A stretch of DNA of 64,000 bases, taken from assembly GCF_030028105.1 (NCBI RefSeq), contig NC_092377.1, positions 3,787,079 through 3,851,078 on the forward strand, written 5' to 3'. Below, one piece after another: positions 25,858 to 38,190 of the stretch. The notes below the pieces were generated by a model that did not search any database, was not told the origin of the DNA, and saw only the letters and a program-made list of their open reading frames with translations. Source of the DNA: Mobula birostris. Taxonomy: Eukaryota. The position numbers and the translations under genes were made by a program. The stretch's first letter is position 1; each line of letters begins with the position of its first letter.

Positions 25858-27102
25858 GCTGAGAGTCAAAAGTGGCCGAAAGAAAGCTGGTCTTTTTTGT
25901 TCCAGAGCGTACTCAGGGATAAGGCTCAACAAGCTTATTCAGCTTTGTCAATTGGAGATGCAGTTAATTACGAGACAGTGAAACAGGCTGTGCTTAAAGC
26001 CTATGAACTTGTTCCAGAAGCCTATAGGCAAAGGTTTAGAAATTTGAGGAAATCTGTGAACCAGACTTATGTGGAATTTGTTTGTGACAAGTTTGTGTGT
26101 TTTGACCGATGGCGCACATCTAAGAATATGGCTGATGATTTAGACAACTTGAAAGAGTTAGTTTTAATTGAGAAATTTAAAAGGTGTGTCCCTGATGACA
26201 TAAAGACATATTTAGATGAAAATGATGCTGCCACTTTGCAGGAGTCTGCTAAATTAGCAGATGAGTATGCTTTAGCCCACAAGGTTAAGTTTACTCCAAG
26301 TAAGAACTTCCAAAAAATTAGCAGGGATAACCAGAGTAAACCAAAACTTAAATTCGGGACTAGTGAGAAAAGTAAGGATGAAGGGAAGCAAGTGAAGGAG
26401 AAATATTCTGGTCTTACTTGTTACTATTGTAAGAAAGCTGGTCATGTTATGGCTAATTGTTCCGTCCAGAAGAAGAAGGAAAAGGAGGCAGTCCTAAACG
26501 CTTGTATTCAGCATTGTGAAACACCTATAAACCCCCAGGGTTCTGCAAATTCTGAGGAGGCTCAGTTAAGGACTGAGAGGTCTGACCGAGTTAGGAAAGG
26601 ATTTGATCATTTTATGTCAGATGGGTTTGTGTCAGTAAAGGAAGGTTCAACCCTGGTACCAGTGAAAATTGTTCAAGATACTGGGGCTTCTCGGTCACTT
26701 ATATTCGATAGTGTTCTAAAGTTTGGTGATGAGACTGACATTAGTGAGGTAAATCTTATTAAAAGCATTGGGAGTGACGTTGTTCTTGTACCTCTGCACA
26801 AGGTAACTTTAGAGTCAGGGTTGCTTTCGGGACCTGTTAAGATAGGACTATGCTCCAGTTTACCGGTGGAAGATGTTACTTTGCTGTTAGGGAATGACCT
26901 GGCAGATGGTAAAGTTGTTCCTGCAGTGCAGTTGACAACTAAGCCAACCACTGATGACCCACAGATGGATTCTAACATTTACCCCTCCTGCGCAGTAACT
27001 GAAAGTATAGCTAAGAAGTCAGTCAATGCAGATAGTTCTGTGCAGCATGATTCTGCTACCCATGACAGCCAAAATCGGGATTCAGGTGGTGATGACTTGT
27101 GA
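25858..27102 (+). CDS. Gag (SCAN-like capsid domain, CCHC knuckle) and aspartic protease of element B; transposon-encoded
   Basis: WPKESW...AVLKAYELVPEAYRQRFR...LADEY, CYYCKKAGHVMANC, IVQDTGAS. The frame joins upstream gag (KYLQHYEKV|AESQKW) once the L1 is removed. Confidence 0.85.
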   Translation, partial: AESQKWPKESWSFLFQSVLRDKAQQAYSALSIGDAVNYETVKQAVLKAYELVPEAYRQRFRNLRKSVNQTYVEFVCDKFVCFDRWRTSKNMADDLDNLKELVLIEKFKRCVPDDIKTYLDENDAATLQESAKLADEYALAHKVKFTPSKNFQKISRDNQSKPKLKFGTSEKSKDEGKQVKEKYSGLTCYYCKKAGHVMANCSVQKKKEKEAVLNACIQHCETPINPQGSANSEEAQLRTERSDRVRKGFDHFMSDGFVSVKEGSTLVPVKIVQDTGASRSLIFDSVLKFGDETDISEVNLIKSIGSDVVLVPLHKVTLESGLLSGPVKIGLCSSLPVEDVTLLLGNDLADGKVVPAVQLTTKPTTDDPQMDSNIYPSCAVTESIAKKSVNADSSVQHDSATHDSQNRDSGGDDL

Positions 27103-27692
27103 GAGACTTTGTGATGAGAAAGATCAGGGGGAGGGAGTTTATAACAGAACAGAATTGAGATGCTGAGATTGAAGCTTTAAAAGAACAAACTCTCTCAGAT
27201 GATGAGATTAAGAAAGTGCCAGTAGGGTATTATATGAAGGATGGAGTATTAATGAGGAAGTGGAGACCACCTGTTGTAGTTGTAGTTCCTAAAGTTTATA
27301 GAGGAACTGAATTTTAACTTTGGCCCACAGTATGCCCTTAGGTGGCCATCTTGGTGTGAATAAAACTGTAAACAAGATTATGAAAGAATTTTACTGGCCT
27401 AATTTGAGGAAAGATGTTGTGACGTTTTGCAGTGCTTGTCACACTTGTCAAGTTGTGGGTAAACCAAATCAGGTTACTCCAGTGGCCCCACACCAACCTA
27501 TACCTGCATTCGGTGAACCTTTTTCTAAAGTTATTGTGGATTGTGTTGGCCCATTGCTGAAGACTAAAGCTGGCCATCAGTATTTGATAACTATCATGTG
27601 TACTGCATCCAGATTCCCGGAAGCCATACCTCTCAGAATAATCAAAGCTAAAACTGTGTCAAGCGCTCTCATCAAATGTTTTACTAATTTTA

Positions 27693-30200
27693 CATAGAAC
27701 CATAGAACCATAGAAACTACAGCACAGAAAGAGGTCCTTTGGCCCTTCTTGGCTGTGCCGAATCATTTTCTGCCTAGACCAACTGACCTGCACACAGACC
27801 ATATCCCTCCATACATCTCCCATCCATGTATCTGTCCAATTTATCCTTAAATGTTAAAAAAGAACCCGCATTTACCACCTTGTCTGGCAGCTCATTCCAT
27901 ACTCCCACCACTCTCTGTGTGAAGAAGCCCCCCCCCCTAATGTTCCCTTTAAACTTTTCCCCCCTCACCCTTAACCCATGTCCTCTGGTTTTTTTCTCCC
28001 CTTGCCTCAGTGGAAAAACCCTGCTTGCATTCACTCTCTCTATACCCATCATAATTTTATATACCTCTATCAAATCTCCCCTCATTCTTCTACGCTCCAG
28101 GCAATAAAGTCCTAACCTATTCAACCTTTCTCTGTAACTGAGTTTCTCAAGTCCTGGCAACATCCTTGTAAACCTTCTCTGCACTCTTTCAACCTTATTT
28201 ATATCCTCCCTGTAATTTGGTGACCAAAACTGAACACAATACTCCAGATTCGGCCTCACCAATGCCTTATACAACCTCATCATAACATTCCAGCTCTTAT
28301 ACTCAGTACTTTGATTAATAAAGGCCAATGTACCAAAAGCTCTCTTTATGACCCTATCTACCTCTGACGCCACTTTTAGGGAATTTTGTACCTGTATTCC
28401 CAGATCCCTCTGTTCCACTGCACTCCTCAGTGCCTTACCATTAACCCTGTATGTTCTACCTTGGTTTGTCCTTCCAACATGCAATACCTCACACTTGTCT
28501 GTATTAAACTCCATCTGCCATTTTTCAGCCCATTTTTCCATCTGGTCCAAGTCCCTCTGCAGGCTCTGAAAACCTTCCTCACTGTCTATTATACCTCCAA
28601 TCTTTGTATCACCAGCAAATTTGCTGATCCAATTTACCACATTATCATCCAGATCATTGATATAGATGACAAATAACAACGGACCCAGCACTGATCCCTG
28701 TGGCACACCACTAGTCACAGGCCTCCACTCGGAGAAGCAATTCTCTACTACCACTCTTTGGCTTCTTCCATTGAGCCAATGTCTAATCCAATTTACCACC
28801 TCTCCATGTATACCTAGCCACTGAATTTTCCTAACTAACCTCCCATGCGGGACCTTGTCAAAGGCCTTACTGAAGTCCATGTAGATAATATCCACTGCCT
28901 TCCCTTTATCCACTTTCCTGGTAACCTCCTCGAAAAACTCCAATAGATTGGTCAAACATGACCTACCACGCACAAAGCCATGTTGACTCTCCCTAAAAGG
29001 TCCCTGTCTATCCAAATGCTTGTAGATTCTGTCTCTTAGTACTCCCTCCAATAACGTACCTACTATCGACGTTAAATTTACCGGCCTATAATTTCCCGGA
29101 TTACTTTTTGATCCTTTTTTAAACAACGGAACAACATGAGCCACTCTCCAATCCTCCGGTACCTTACCTGTAGACAGCGACATTTTAAATATTTCTGTCA
29201 GGGCCCCTGCAATTTCAACACTAGTCTCCTTCAAGGTCCGAGGGGACACCCTGTCAGGTCCCGGGGATTTATCCACTTTAATTTTCCTCAAGACAGCAAG
29301 CAAGCACCTCCTCCTTTTCAATCTGTACAGTTTCCATGATCTCACTACTTGTTTCCCTTCATTCCATAGACTTCATGTTATTTTCCCTAGTAAATACAGA
29401 CGCAAAAAACCTATTTAAGATCTCCCCCATTTCCTTTGGTTCCACACATAGCCGACCACTCTGATCTTCAAGAGGACCAATTTTATCCCTTACAATCCTT
29501 TTGATCTTAATATACCTGTAAAAGCTCTTTGGATTATCCTTCACATTGACTGCCAAGGCAACCTCATGTCTTCTTTTAGCCCTCTTGATTTCTTTCTTAA
29601 GTATTTTCTTGCACTTCTTATACTCCTCAAGCACCTTATTTACTCCCTGTTTCCTATACATGTCATATAACTCCCTCTTCTTCTTTATCAGAGCTGCAAT
29701 ATCCCTTGAGAACCAAGGTTCCTTATTCCTATTCACTTTGCCTTTAATCCTGACAGGAACATACAAATTCTGCACTCTCAAAATTTCTCCTTTGATGGCT
29801 TCCCACCTACTGATCACATCCTTGCCAGAGAACAACCTATCCCAATCCATGCTTTTTAGATCCTTTCTCATTTCTTCAAATTTGGCCTTCTTCCAGTTTA
29901 GAACCTCAACCCTAGGACCAGATCTATCCTTGTCCATGATCAAGTTGAAACTAATGGTGTTATGATCACTGGAACCAAAGTGCTCCCCTACACAGACTTC
30001 TGTCACTGTCCTAACTCGTTTCCTAACAGGAGATCCAATACTGCATCCCCTCTAGTTGGTCCCTCTATATATTGATTTAGAATACTTTCATGAACACATT
30101 TTACAAACCCTAATCCATCTAGACCCCTAACAGTATGGGAGTCCCAATCAATATATGGAAAATTAAAATCCCCTACCACCACAACTTTATGTTTCCTGCA
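27693..30200 (-). mobile_element. CR1 LINE inserted in the integrase of element B
   Basis: 523-aa ORF 27774-29345 with RT motifs (catalytic ADD reads AGD), an upstream ORF at 29359-30006, and a (CATAGAAC)n reverse tail at 27693. Confidence 0.93.
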
Positions 30201-30709
30201 GGATTATTCCAGCAGGTATTTTGTGAACTGGGAGAGAAGTAAATTACGTCATCTGCATACTATCCGGAACCACAAGGGGCTTTAGAAAGATTTCATTCTA
30301 CCCTTAAAACAATGATTAAGACATACTGTTTTGAAAATGAAAAAGACTGGGATGAAGGTGTCCATTTGCTTTTGTTCGCAGCAAGAGAATCGGTACAGGA
30401 ATCACTGGGCTTTAGCCCCTTTCAACTTGTATTTGGTTATACAAGGACCTTTGACCTTGTTAAAGGAACAGTGGATTGATGGGGATGTACATGTTAACTT
30501 GTTAGACTATGTTTTGAAGTTCAAAAATAAACTACACTAAGCCTGTAGTATAGCGAGACAAAACTTAAAGAATTCTCAAAAGAAAATGAAGCACTGGTTT
30601 GATAAATAAGCCCGTCTGAGAAAATTTCAAGTAGGAGATAAGGTTTTAACACTGTTACCTACAAGTTCAGACGAGATTTTTAGGTCCTTATGTGATTGAG
30701 TCTCAGGTT

Positions 30710-31696
30710 TGTGAGGGGATCCAGGAGTGCCCCTATTAACTGTTTGAAGAGTGAGAGAGAGAGAGCGAGAGAGTTATTTACCATCGATATGTTGCTTTTG
30801 TAAAGAGAGAGAGAGAGAGAGAGAGAGAGACGAAGATCAATGGTTGGACTGTGACTTTAAGGCATTAGAAGCAACTTTGGATTTCTACTGAGTTTGGTTT
30901 GGAGACAGCGCCGAGCAGCTTGTAAGTTGCTATGGTGACCGAAGGCGATGTTATTTAATGGACACTCGATGTTATGATTTTCAGCAGGTTGTTGATGTTT
31001 CTTCAAGGACTTGTTGCCTGCTTGTGCATTTCTTTTACAGACAAAGGAAGGAGGGGCTCTTTGAATGATAGGTGATGCTCAGCCTGGTGAAATAAATAGG
31101 AGGTCAGATGATACAGACCTCAGACACATGATCTGGACACTGAATGAGCATTGTTGTGCCCACAGAGAAAGTGGGTTTTGGAGGATTGATCAGGAGGATC
31201 GATCCAAAGTGCTATTGCAGTGGTGAAGAAGGGGTTGACTGGTGGGGAGTTGTCTATGTGTCCACCCTTGCCGGGGTGATAGCTCCACCGCAGTGAAACC
31301 GGTCCCCCTGGTTAAAGACACAGTCGGTGACTTGTAAAGGATTTCGGAGGACAACGAGAAGATCGACGGCATCAGCTCACCTGAAGACTCAACTCTCTCT
31401 CTCTCGCTCTCCATCACTACTCAACTAAGTACCACAAACTGAACTGAACTGAACTTTACTCAACATCGTTAGATTGTATCTTTTTACCCCTAGACTTAAA
31501 GAAGCTTGGTTTTTCATACATATATATTCCACACTTACTTTTATATATAATCATTGCTAACCTGTGTGATTTATTTACATTGATATTACTGTATTGTGTA
31601 GTTACTAATAAATATTAGTAGTTTATAGCAATACTGGACTCCAAAGTGTTTTCTATTTCTGCTGGTTTCTTTATCCCCGTCACGGGGTACATGACA
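30710..31696 (+). mobile_element. Solo LTR of family A inserted in the integrase C-terminus of element B
   Basis: Homologous to 8776-9782 and flanked by GGTT/GGTT. The target frame IESQ|VNDVNFIIKTPD is restored on removal. Confidence 0.92.
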
Positions 31697-33299
31697 GGTT
31701 AATGATGTGAATTTCATAATAAAAACACCTGATTGTAAACAAAAAACACAGCTTTATCATATCAATATGATGAAGCCTTATTATGAGAAAATGACCTTCG
31801 GTGAGACACATCCAGCAGCTGTGGTGGCTGTTGACAGCCGCAGTGAGACTGAATACACTGGGAATGAAATAAATGACTCCTCTGAGACTGTTCGGAAGCC
31901 AAACATGGTCCCAGCTAGGTTAGTGAACTCGGTTGTTTTACAAAATATTGATAACAAGTTGGCACACCTACAACCAACCACAACAAAGACAACAAATGAA
32001 AGAATTAATTTTGAAGTTTAAAAATTTATTTCCTGATGTTCTGAATCGAACCACAGTCACGTCACATGATGTGGATGTTGGGGATGCCAAACCGATTAAG
32101 CAACACCCCTATCGTATGAATGTGGAAAAATGTAAATTGGCTGAACAGGAAATTGAATATATGCTGAAAAATAGCATTATTCAGCCTTCTAATTCATATT
32201 GGTGTTCACCTTGCGTTATTGTGCCTAAACCCGATGGTAGCGTTAGGTTTTGTACTGATTATAGAAAGGTGAATGCTGTAACAAAAACAGATGCTTATCC
32301 CATCCCTAGGGTGGATGATTGCATAGACAAAGTTGGAAATGCTAAGTTTCTTACAAAGATTGATCTGTTGAAAGGATATTGGTGTGCTCGACAGATAAAG
32401 TTAGAGAAATTTCTGCGTTTGTGACATCTTCTGGGTTGTATGAATACAATGTCTTGCCGTTTGGGATGAAAAATGCTCCAGGAACATTTCAGAGAATGAT
32501 TAATTCTGTAATTCAAGAGTTAAAACATACAGATGCTTACATTGATGATTTAGTCATGGGAAATGACACTTGGGAAGCTCATATCTCTACAGTGAAAGAA
32601 TTTGAAAGGCTTTCGAAGGCCAACCTTACAGTTACATTGCTCTTCCTTTGACTAATCTCCTGAGGAAGGGTGAAAAGTTTATTTGGACAGAACCTTGTCA
32701 GGAGGCATTTGATCAATTGAAAGCCATTTTATGTCATCAACCTGCACTCAGGATACCTGACTTTGCAAAGCCCTTCTCTATAGCTGTGGATGCCAGTGAT
32801 GAAGGTGCTGGAGCAGTATTATTACAAAGGGGGAATGCTGAGGTTGAACATCCTGTAGCTTACTTTTCAAGGACATTTAATGAACATCAAAGAAATTATT
32901 CCACCACAGAGAAAGAGTTAATGTCACTGATTCCAGTTTTGCAGCATTTTGATGTTTAAGTTTGCCCAGCTCAGAAACCACTTGTGGTTTATACAGATCA
33001 CAATCCATTGGTATTATTGAGTAAGGTAAAGGACAAAAATAGAAGATTGTCAAACTGGAGTCTGTTTTTGCAAGAATATATTATGATAATTTACATTAAA
33101 GGCAGGGACAACATAATTGCAGATTGTTTTTCCAGATGTTAAGCTTGCAATTTATTTTTAATAGTGAAGTAGAATCTGGTATTTGTATACACTTCTGCAA
33201 TGTGTTAAATGGTAGCCATACATGTATTGTTTTACATACTGTAGTTTGCAATTCATAGTTTTGCTCTTTTAGATCAAAATTTTATTTTTTGAGGGTAAG

Positions 33300-33917
33300 T
33301 GTTATGAACCCATAGGTTTCATTTACTGTGGACTGTCACTTTAAAACAGTGCTTCAGTGAGGCAGGACTATGAGGTTGTTCACTGACTGACTCACAGCTT
33401 GTTCACCTTTAAAACAAGGACAGACAGTCACAGTCACAATCAGAAGTCAGGAGAGAGAGAGGGAGAGAGGAGCAAACCTGGAAAAGGATAACAGCTCCAG
33501 CTTGTCGAAGCTGGGGATTTGGAACTCTGCTGTACCCACAAGGGTGGGTTGATCATCGATCCAGTGCACATCGAATGTGTGACTGTCACTTCATAGAATC
33601 CATAGGAGTGGATTAAGGAATGTCCTGTGGGACCACTCAAAGTTAACCTTTGCCTAGGTGTGTTATGTGGTAACCCCTTGAAGATGACATCCCTGTGACA
33701 GATTACTCTGGTGGTAATTTGTATGTGGATTTGGAACGGCTCGACAGAGGATCTTCGAAACTGGTATTTATTAATTACCATAGTGGAACCTGTGAAATTC
33801 GATGTAGTTGCCTTCTCTCTACATACTAACAAAGATAGTGGTTTTAACATCAAATCCAGACCTCAGTGTGAACTCTATTGCTGTTGGTTTGTTTCTAAAA
33901 CGTTTCAGTTCGTAACA
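33300..33917 (+). repeat. 3' LTR of element B
   Basis: TGTTATGAACCC...TTCGTAACA, preceded by GAGGGTAAG. Confidence 0.9.
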
Positions 33918-34139
33918 AAATAAATTCCACAGATTTACCACCCTCTGACTAAAGTAATTTCTCCACATTTCTGTCCTAAATAGAAACATAGAAAACCTAA
34001 AGCACAATACAGGCCCTTTGGCTGACAAAACTGTGCCGAACATGTTCTTACCTTAGAAATTACCTAGGGTCACCCATAGCCCTCTATTTTTCTGAGCTCC
34101 AAATACCTGTCCAGGAGTCTCTTAAAAGACCCGAGACAT

Positions 34140-37100
34140 TTCTTACATCCTGAAGTCGTGCCCTCTTGTCCTAGAATCCCCTACCCTGGGAAATAACTTT
34201 CCCATATCTAAACATTTCAGGCCTTTTAACATTTGGAATGTTTCTATGAGATCCCCCCTCATTCTCCTGAACTCCAGGGAATACAGTCCAAGAGCTGCCA
34301 GATGTTCCTCATATGGTAACTCTTTCATTCCTGGAATCATTCTCGTGAATCTTCTCTGAACCCTCTCCAATATCAGCATATCCTTTCCAAAAAAAAAGGA
34401 GCCCAAAACTGCACACAATACTCCAAGTGTGGTCCCATGAGTAGCTTATAGAGCCTCAGCATCACATCTCTGCTCTTACATTCTATACAGTATCTCTAAA
34501 AATGAATGCCAACATTGCATTCGCTTTCTTCGCCATAGACTCAACCTGGAGGTTAATAACCTTCAGGGTATCCTGCACAAGGACTCCAAAGTCCCTTTGC
34601 ATCTCTGCATTTGGAATTCTCTCTCCAACTAAATAATAGTCTGCCTGTTTATTTCTTCCATCAAAGTGCATGACCGTACACTTTCCAACATTGTATTTCA
34701 TTTACCACTTCTTTACCCATTTCGATAAACTATCTAAGTCTCTCTGTAGGCTCTCTGTTTCCTCAAAACTACCCACTCCTCCGTCTATTTTTGTATAATC
34801 GACAAATTTAGCCACAAATCCATGAATCCCATAGTCCAAATCATTGACATGCATCATAAACAGCAGCGGTCCCAACACCGACCCCTGTGGAACTCCAGTG
34901 ATAACCAGCAGCCAGCCAGAATAGGATCCTTTTATTCCCACTCTCTGCCTTCTGCCAATCAACCAATGCTCCACCCATACTAGTAACTTCACTGTAATTT
35001 CATGGGCTCTTATCTTGCTAAACAGCCTCCTGCGCGGCACCTTGTCAAAGGCCTTCTGAAAATCCAAGTACACCATATCCACTGCATCTCCTTTGTCTAC
35101 CCTGCTTGTAATTTCCTCAAAAAATGCAGTAGGTTAGTCAGGCAGGATCTTCCTTTCAGAAAACCATGCTGGCTTTGGCCTATCTTCTCAAGTGCCTCCA
35201 GGTACTCCATAATCTCATCCCTAACTATCAATTCCAAATACTTTCCAACCACTGATGTCAGGCTAACAGGTCTATAGTTTCCTTTCTGCTGTCTCCCACC
35301 TTTCTTAAATAACGGAGTAACATTTGCAATTTTCCAGTCATCCGGTACAATATCAGAATCTATTGATTCTTGAAAGATCATTGTTAATACTTCCGCAATC
35401 TCTCCAGCTACTTCCTTCAGAACCCAAGGGTGCATTCCACAGGTCCAGGACATTTATCCATCCTCAGACTATTAAGCTTCCTGAGCACCTTCTCAGTCGT
35501 AATTTTCACTGCACGTACTTCACTTCCCTGACACTCTTGAATGTCTGGTATACTGCAGATGTCTTCCACTGTGAAGACTGATGCAAAATACGCATTTAGT
35601 TCCTCTGCCAGCATAATTTTCTATTGGTCCTATATTTACACTCAATTCTCTTTTACCCTTTATATACTTAAAAAAGCTTTTAGTATCTTCTTTGATATTA
35701 GTCACCAGCTTCCTTTCATAATACATCTTTTTAGTTTCCTTCTGCAAGTTGTTAAAAGCTTCCCAATCCTCTATCTTCTCACCAGCTTTGGCTTTCTTGT
35801 ATGTCCTCTCTTCCGCTTTTACTTTGGCTCTGACTTCACGTCAGCCACAGTAGTGTCCTTCTTCCCTTTGAAAATTTCTTCTTATTTGAAATATATCTGT
35901 CTTGCACTTCCCTCATTTTTCACTGAAACTCCAGCCATTGCTTCTCTGCTGTTCTTCCTGCAAATGTCCCTTCCAGTCAACCTCGGCCAGTTCCTCTCTC
36001 ATGCCATCGTAATTTCCCTTATTCCACTGAAATACCGACACATTCGAATTTAGTTTCTCCTTCTCAAATTTTAAAGTGAACCTGATCATGTTGAGATCAC
36101 TGTTCAATAAGGGTTCCTTAATCTTAAGCTCTCTTATCAACTCCAGATCATTGCACAACACCCAAACCAGCAGAGACGATCACCTAGTGGGCTCAACAAC
36201 AAACTGTTCTAAAAAGGCATCACTTAGACATTCTACAAATTCTCTCTCTGGCGGTCCAGTATTGGCCTGGTTTTCCCAATCCACTTTCATGTTAAAATCC
36301 CCAACGATTATGAAGACATTGCCTTTCTGACACACCTTTTCTATCTCCTGCTGTAATTTGTAATCCACATCCCGGCTGCTGTTTGCAGGCCTGAATAAAA
36401 TTGCCATTAGGGTCCTTTTACCCTTGCTATTTCTTAACTCAACCCATAGAGACTCTACACCTTCCAATCCCATGTCATCCCTTTCTAATGAAAGAAGAGA
36501 GAGAAATTGCCTTTAAACTCAAGAGAGTTTACTGTTGATGTTTCTGTAGCAGGCAATTTCTTTTTTATGAGTCCAAGTTGCTAGCTTGACGCTCAACCCA
36601 GCACGAATGGAAAGCGTGCACGGGAGCCGGCTGGATTTGAACTCGGGACCTTCTGCCCCAAAGTCCTGTGCAGATGCCACTGCGCCACTAGCCGACATCC
36701 CTTTCTAATGATTTAATATTATTTCTTATACTCAAGGCCACATCACTCCCTCTGCCTACTAACATCTTTCCGATACACCATATATCCTTGGACATTCACT
36801 CCTAATGATAGCCATCCTTTAGCCAAGTTTCAAAGATTACCACAGCGTCATATTTGCCAATCTGTAGCTGAATCTCAAGATCATCCGTTTTATTTCTTCT
36901 GCTGCATGCATTCAAATTAACACTTGCAGTCCTGTATTTGTTGCTTGCTGTTGTAAATCGTCCCACTGGCTGTGATTATGCCTCATCTCCTGCCTGTCCT
37001 TCCTATCATCTCTGTTGCACACTATCTTTGATTTATTTCTATTTTCCCCTTCCTCAGCCTATCACACGGGTTCCCATTCCTTGCCAAATTAGTCTAAACC

Positions 37101-37750
37101 CTCCCTAACAGCTCTATGAAACTGCATGCTGAGATATTGGACCCCTTTGGGTTCAGGTGCAACCCATCCTTTTCGCACAGGTCATACCTCCCCCAGACAA
37201 GGCCCCAATGATCCAGAAACACAAAGCCCTTCCCCCTACTCCACTCCCTCAGCCATGTATTAATATGCTATTCTTGCACTCTCTAGCATGTGGCACAGGC
37301 AGATATCCTGAGATTACTACTCTGGAGGTCCGGCTTTTCAGCTTCCTACCCAACTCCCTGAATTTTCTCTTCAGGACCTCCTCCCTTCTTTTACTTATGT
37401 CATTGGTACCGATGTGTACCAAGACTTCTGGCTAGTAACCCTCTCCCCTCAGAATACTCCACACCCAATCCCATGCCCTGGCTCCTGGGAGGCAACACAC
37501 CATGTGGGTATCTCTATCAAGCTGACAGAATCTCCTGTCTGTTCCCCTCACTGTGGAATCCCCTATGACTACCGCATTCCTCATCTTCCTCATTCCCTTC
37601 TGCACCACGGAACCAGGCTCAGTGCAGAGACCCGATTATCGTTGTTGTCTTCTTTCAGGTCACCACATTCCGCTCAAAAGCATCCAAAATAAGATAACGA
37701 TTACTGAGGGGGATGGCCACAGGGGTGCTCTCTACTATCTGAGCTCTTCC
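34140..37750 (-). mobile_element. Long decayed CR1 LINE (ORF1 remnant, endonuclease, RT)
   Basis: Minus-strand peptides [49 protein letters not shown]...KFVD and RVQRRFTRMIPG. Confidence 0.88.
36492..36695 (-). mobile_element. tRNA-derived SINE with a 16-bp TSD
   Basis: The minus strand has an A-box (GTGGCGCAGTGG), a B-box (GTTCAAATCC) and a CT-rich tail. TSD CATCCCTTTCTAATGA at 36476-36491 and 36696-36711. Confidence 0.88.
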
Positions 37751-37989
37751 CTTCCCTTCCCTGACAGTCACTCTTCAACTTCAGACAGAACCACTCAACT
37801 TCAGTCACACCTTAACCTCAGGCAGAACCACTTTTACAGTGGCCTTTCTGTTTGAGCCTGCCTTCTTTCCTTCCCTGCAAAACAAGTTTTAAGCTCTGCT
37901 CGGTTCTTTCCTCTGTGGCAAAAACAGTTGGGTAATAAAAGCAACCTTTCTCAGAAATAAGTCACTCGGACTGTGAAGTCTTATACCAT

Positions 37990-38138
37990 AGGAAAGGCGA
38001 GTCAGAGGAACTACCCTCTCTGCTTCCTCTTTCTGTGCCGAAAATTACTACTGCAAGAAGCAAGTCCAGAGAGCTGAGCACATTGTTACAATAACTTTCT
38101 GTACATCCTGAAAACAGGGTAAACCCAACTCTGTTGAG
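37990..38138 (+). promoter_or_regulatory. Putative TATA-less promoter of the Ig-superfamily gene, with PU.1/Spi-type ETS sites
   Basis: Non-repetitive DNA directly upstream of the leader ATG, with GAGGAACT (38005-38012) and CTTCCTCTTT (38023-38032, reverse complement AAAGAGGAAG). No octamer seen. Confidence 0.45.
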
Positions 38139-38190
38139 ATGAGAAACAAAAGCCTTCCTGCAGTGATCATTTTCCTGTGTGTATCTGTGG
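38139..38190 (+). CDS. Signal-peptide (leader) exon of an Ig-superfamily V-J-type gene
   Basis: ATG in a GAGATGA context; 17 codons + 1 nt giving MRNKSLPAVIIFLCVSV (basic N-terminus, hydrophobic core); consensus phase-1 donor G|GTAAGT. Phase-compatible with the acceptor at 58443. Confidence 0.72.

Larger units (their letters stand above)
21664..33917 (+). mobile_element. LTR retrotransposon B: Gmr1-like Gypsy carrying four nested insertions
   Basis: LTRs at 21664-22454 and 33300-33917 (...GTTATGAACCC...TTCGTAACA). Order: gag, protease, integrase (HSMPLGGHLG...CHTCQ, VDCVGP, QGALERFH), RT (IDLLKGYW, YIDD), RNase H (NYSTTEKE). Its flanks join into one minus-strand CR1 3' fragment. Confidence 0.92.

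Noticed and set aside
25855-27102. Domesticated SCAN or gag host gene
   Set aside because: It lies between the LTRs of element B, its 5' part is cut off by an L1, and the downstream pol is disrupted.
1-37750. Numerous 60-200 aa ORFs in the track
   Set aside because: They are antisense or off-frame readings of CR1, L1, Rex1, PLE and Gypsy remnants.
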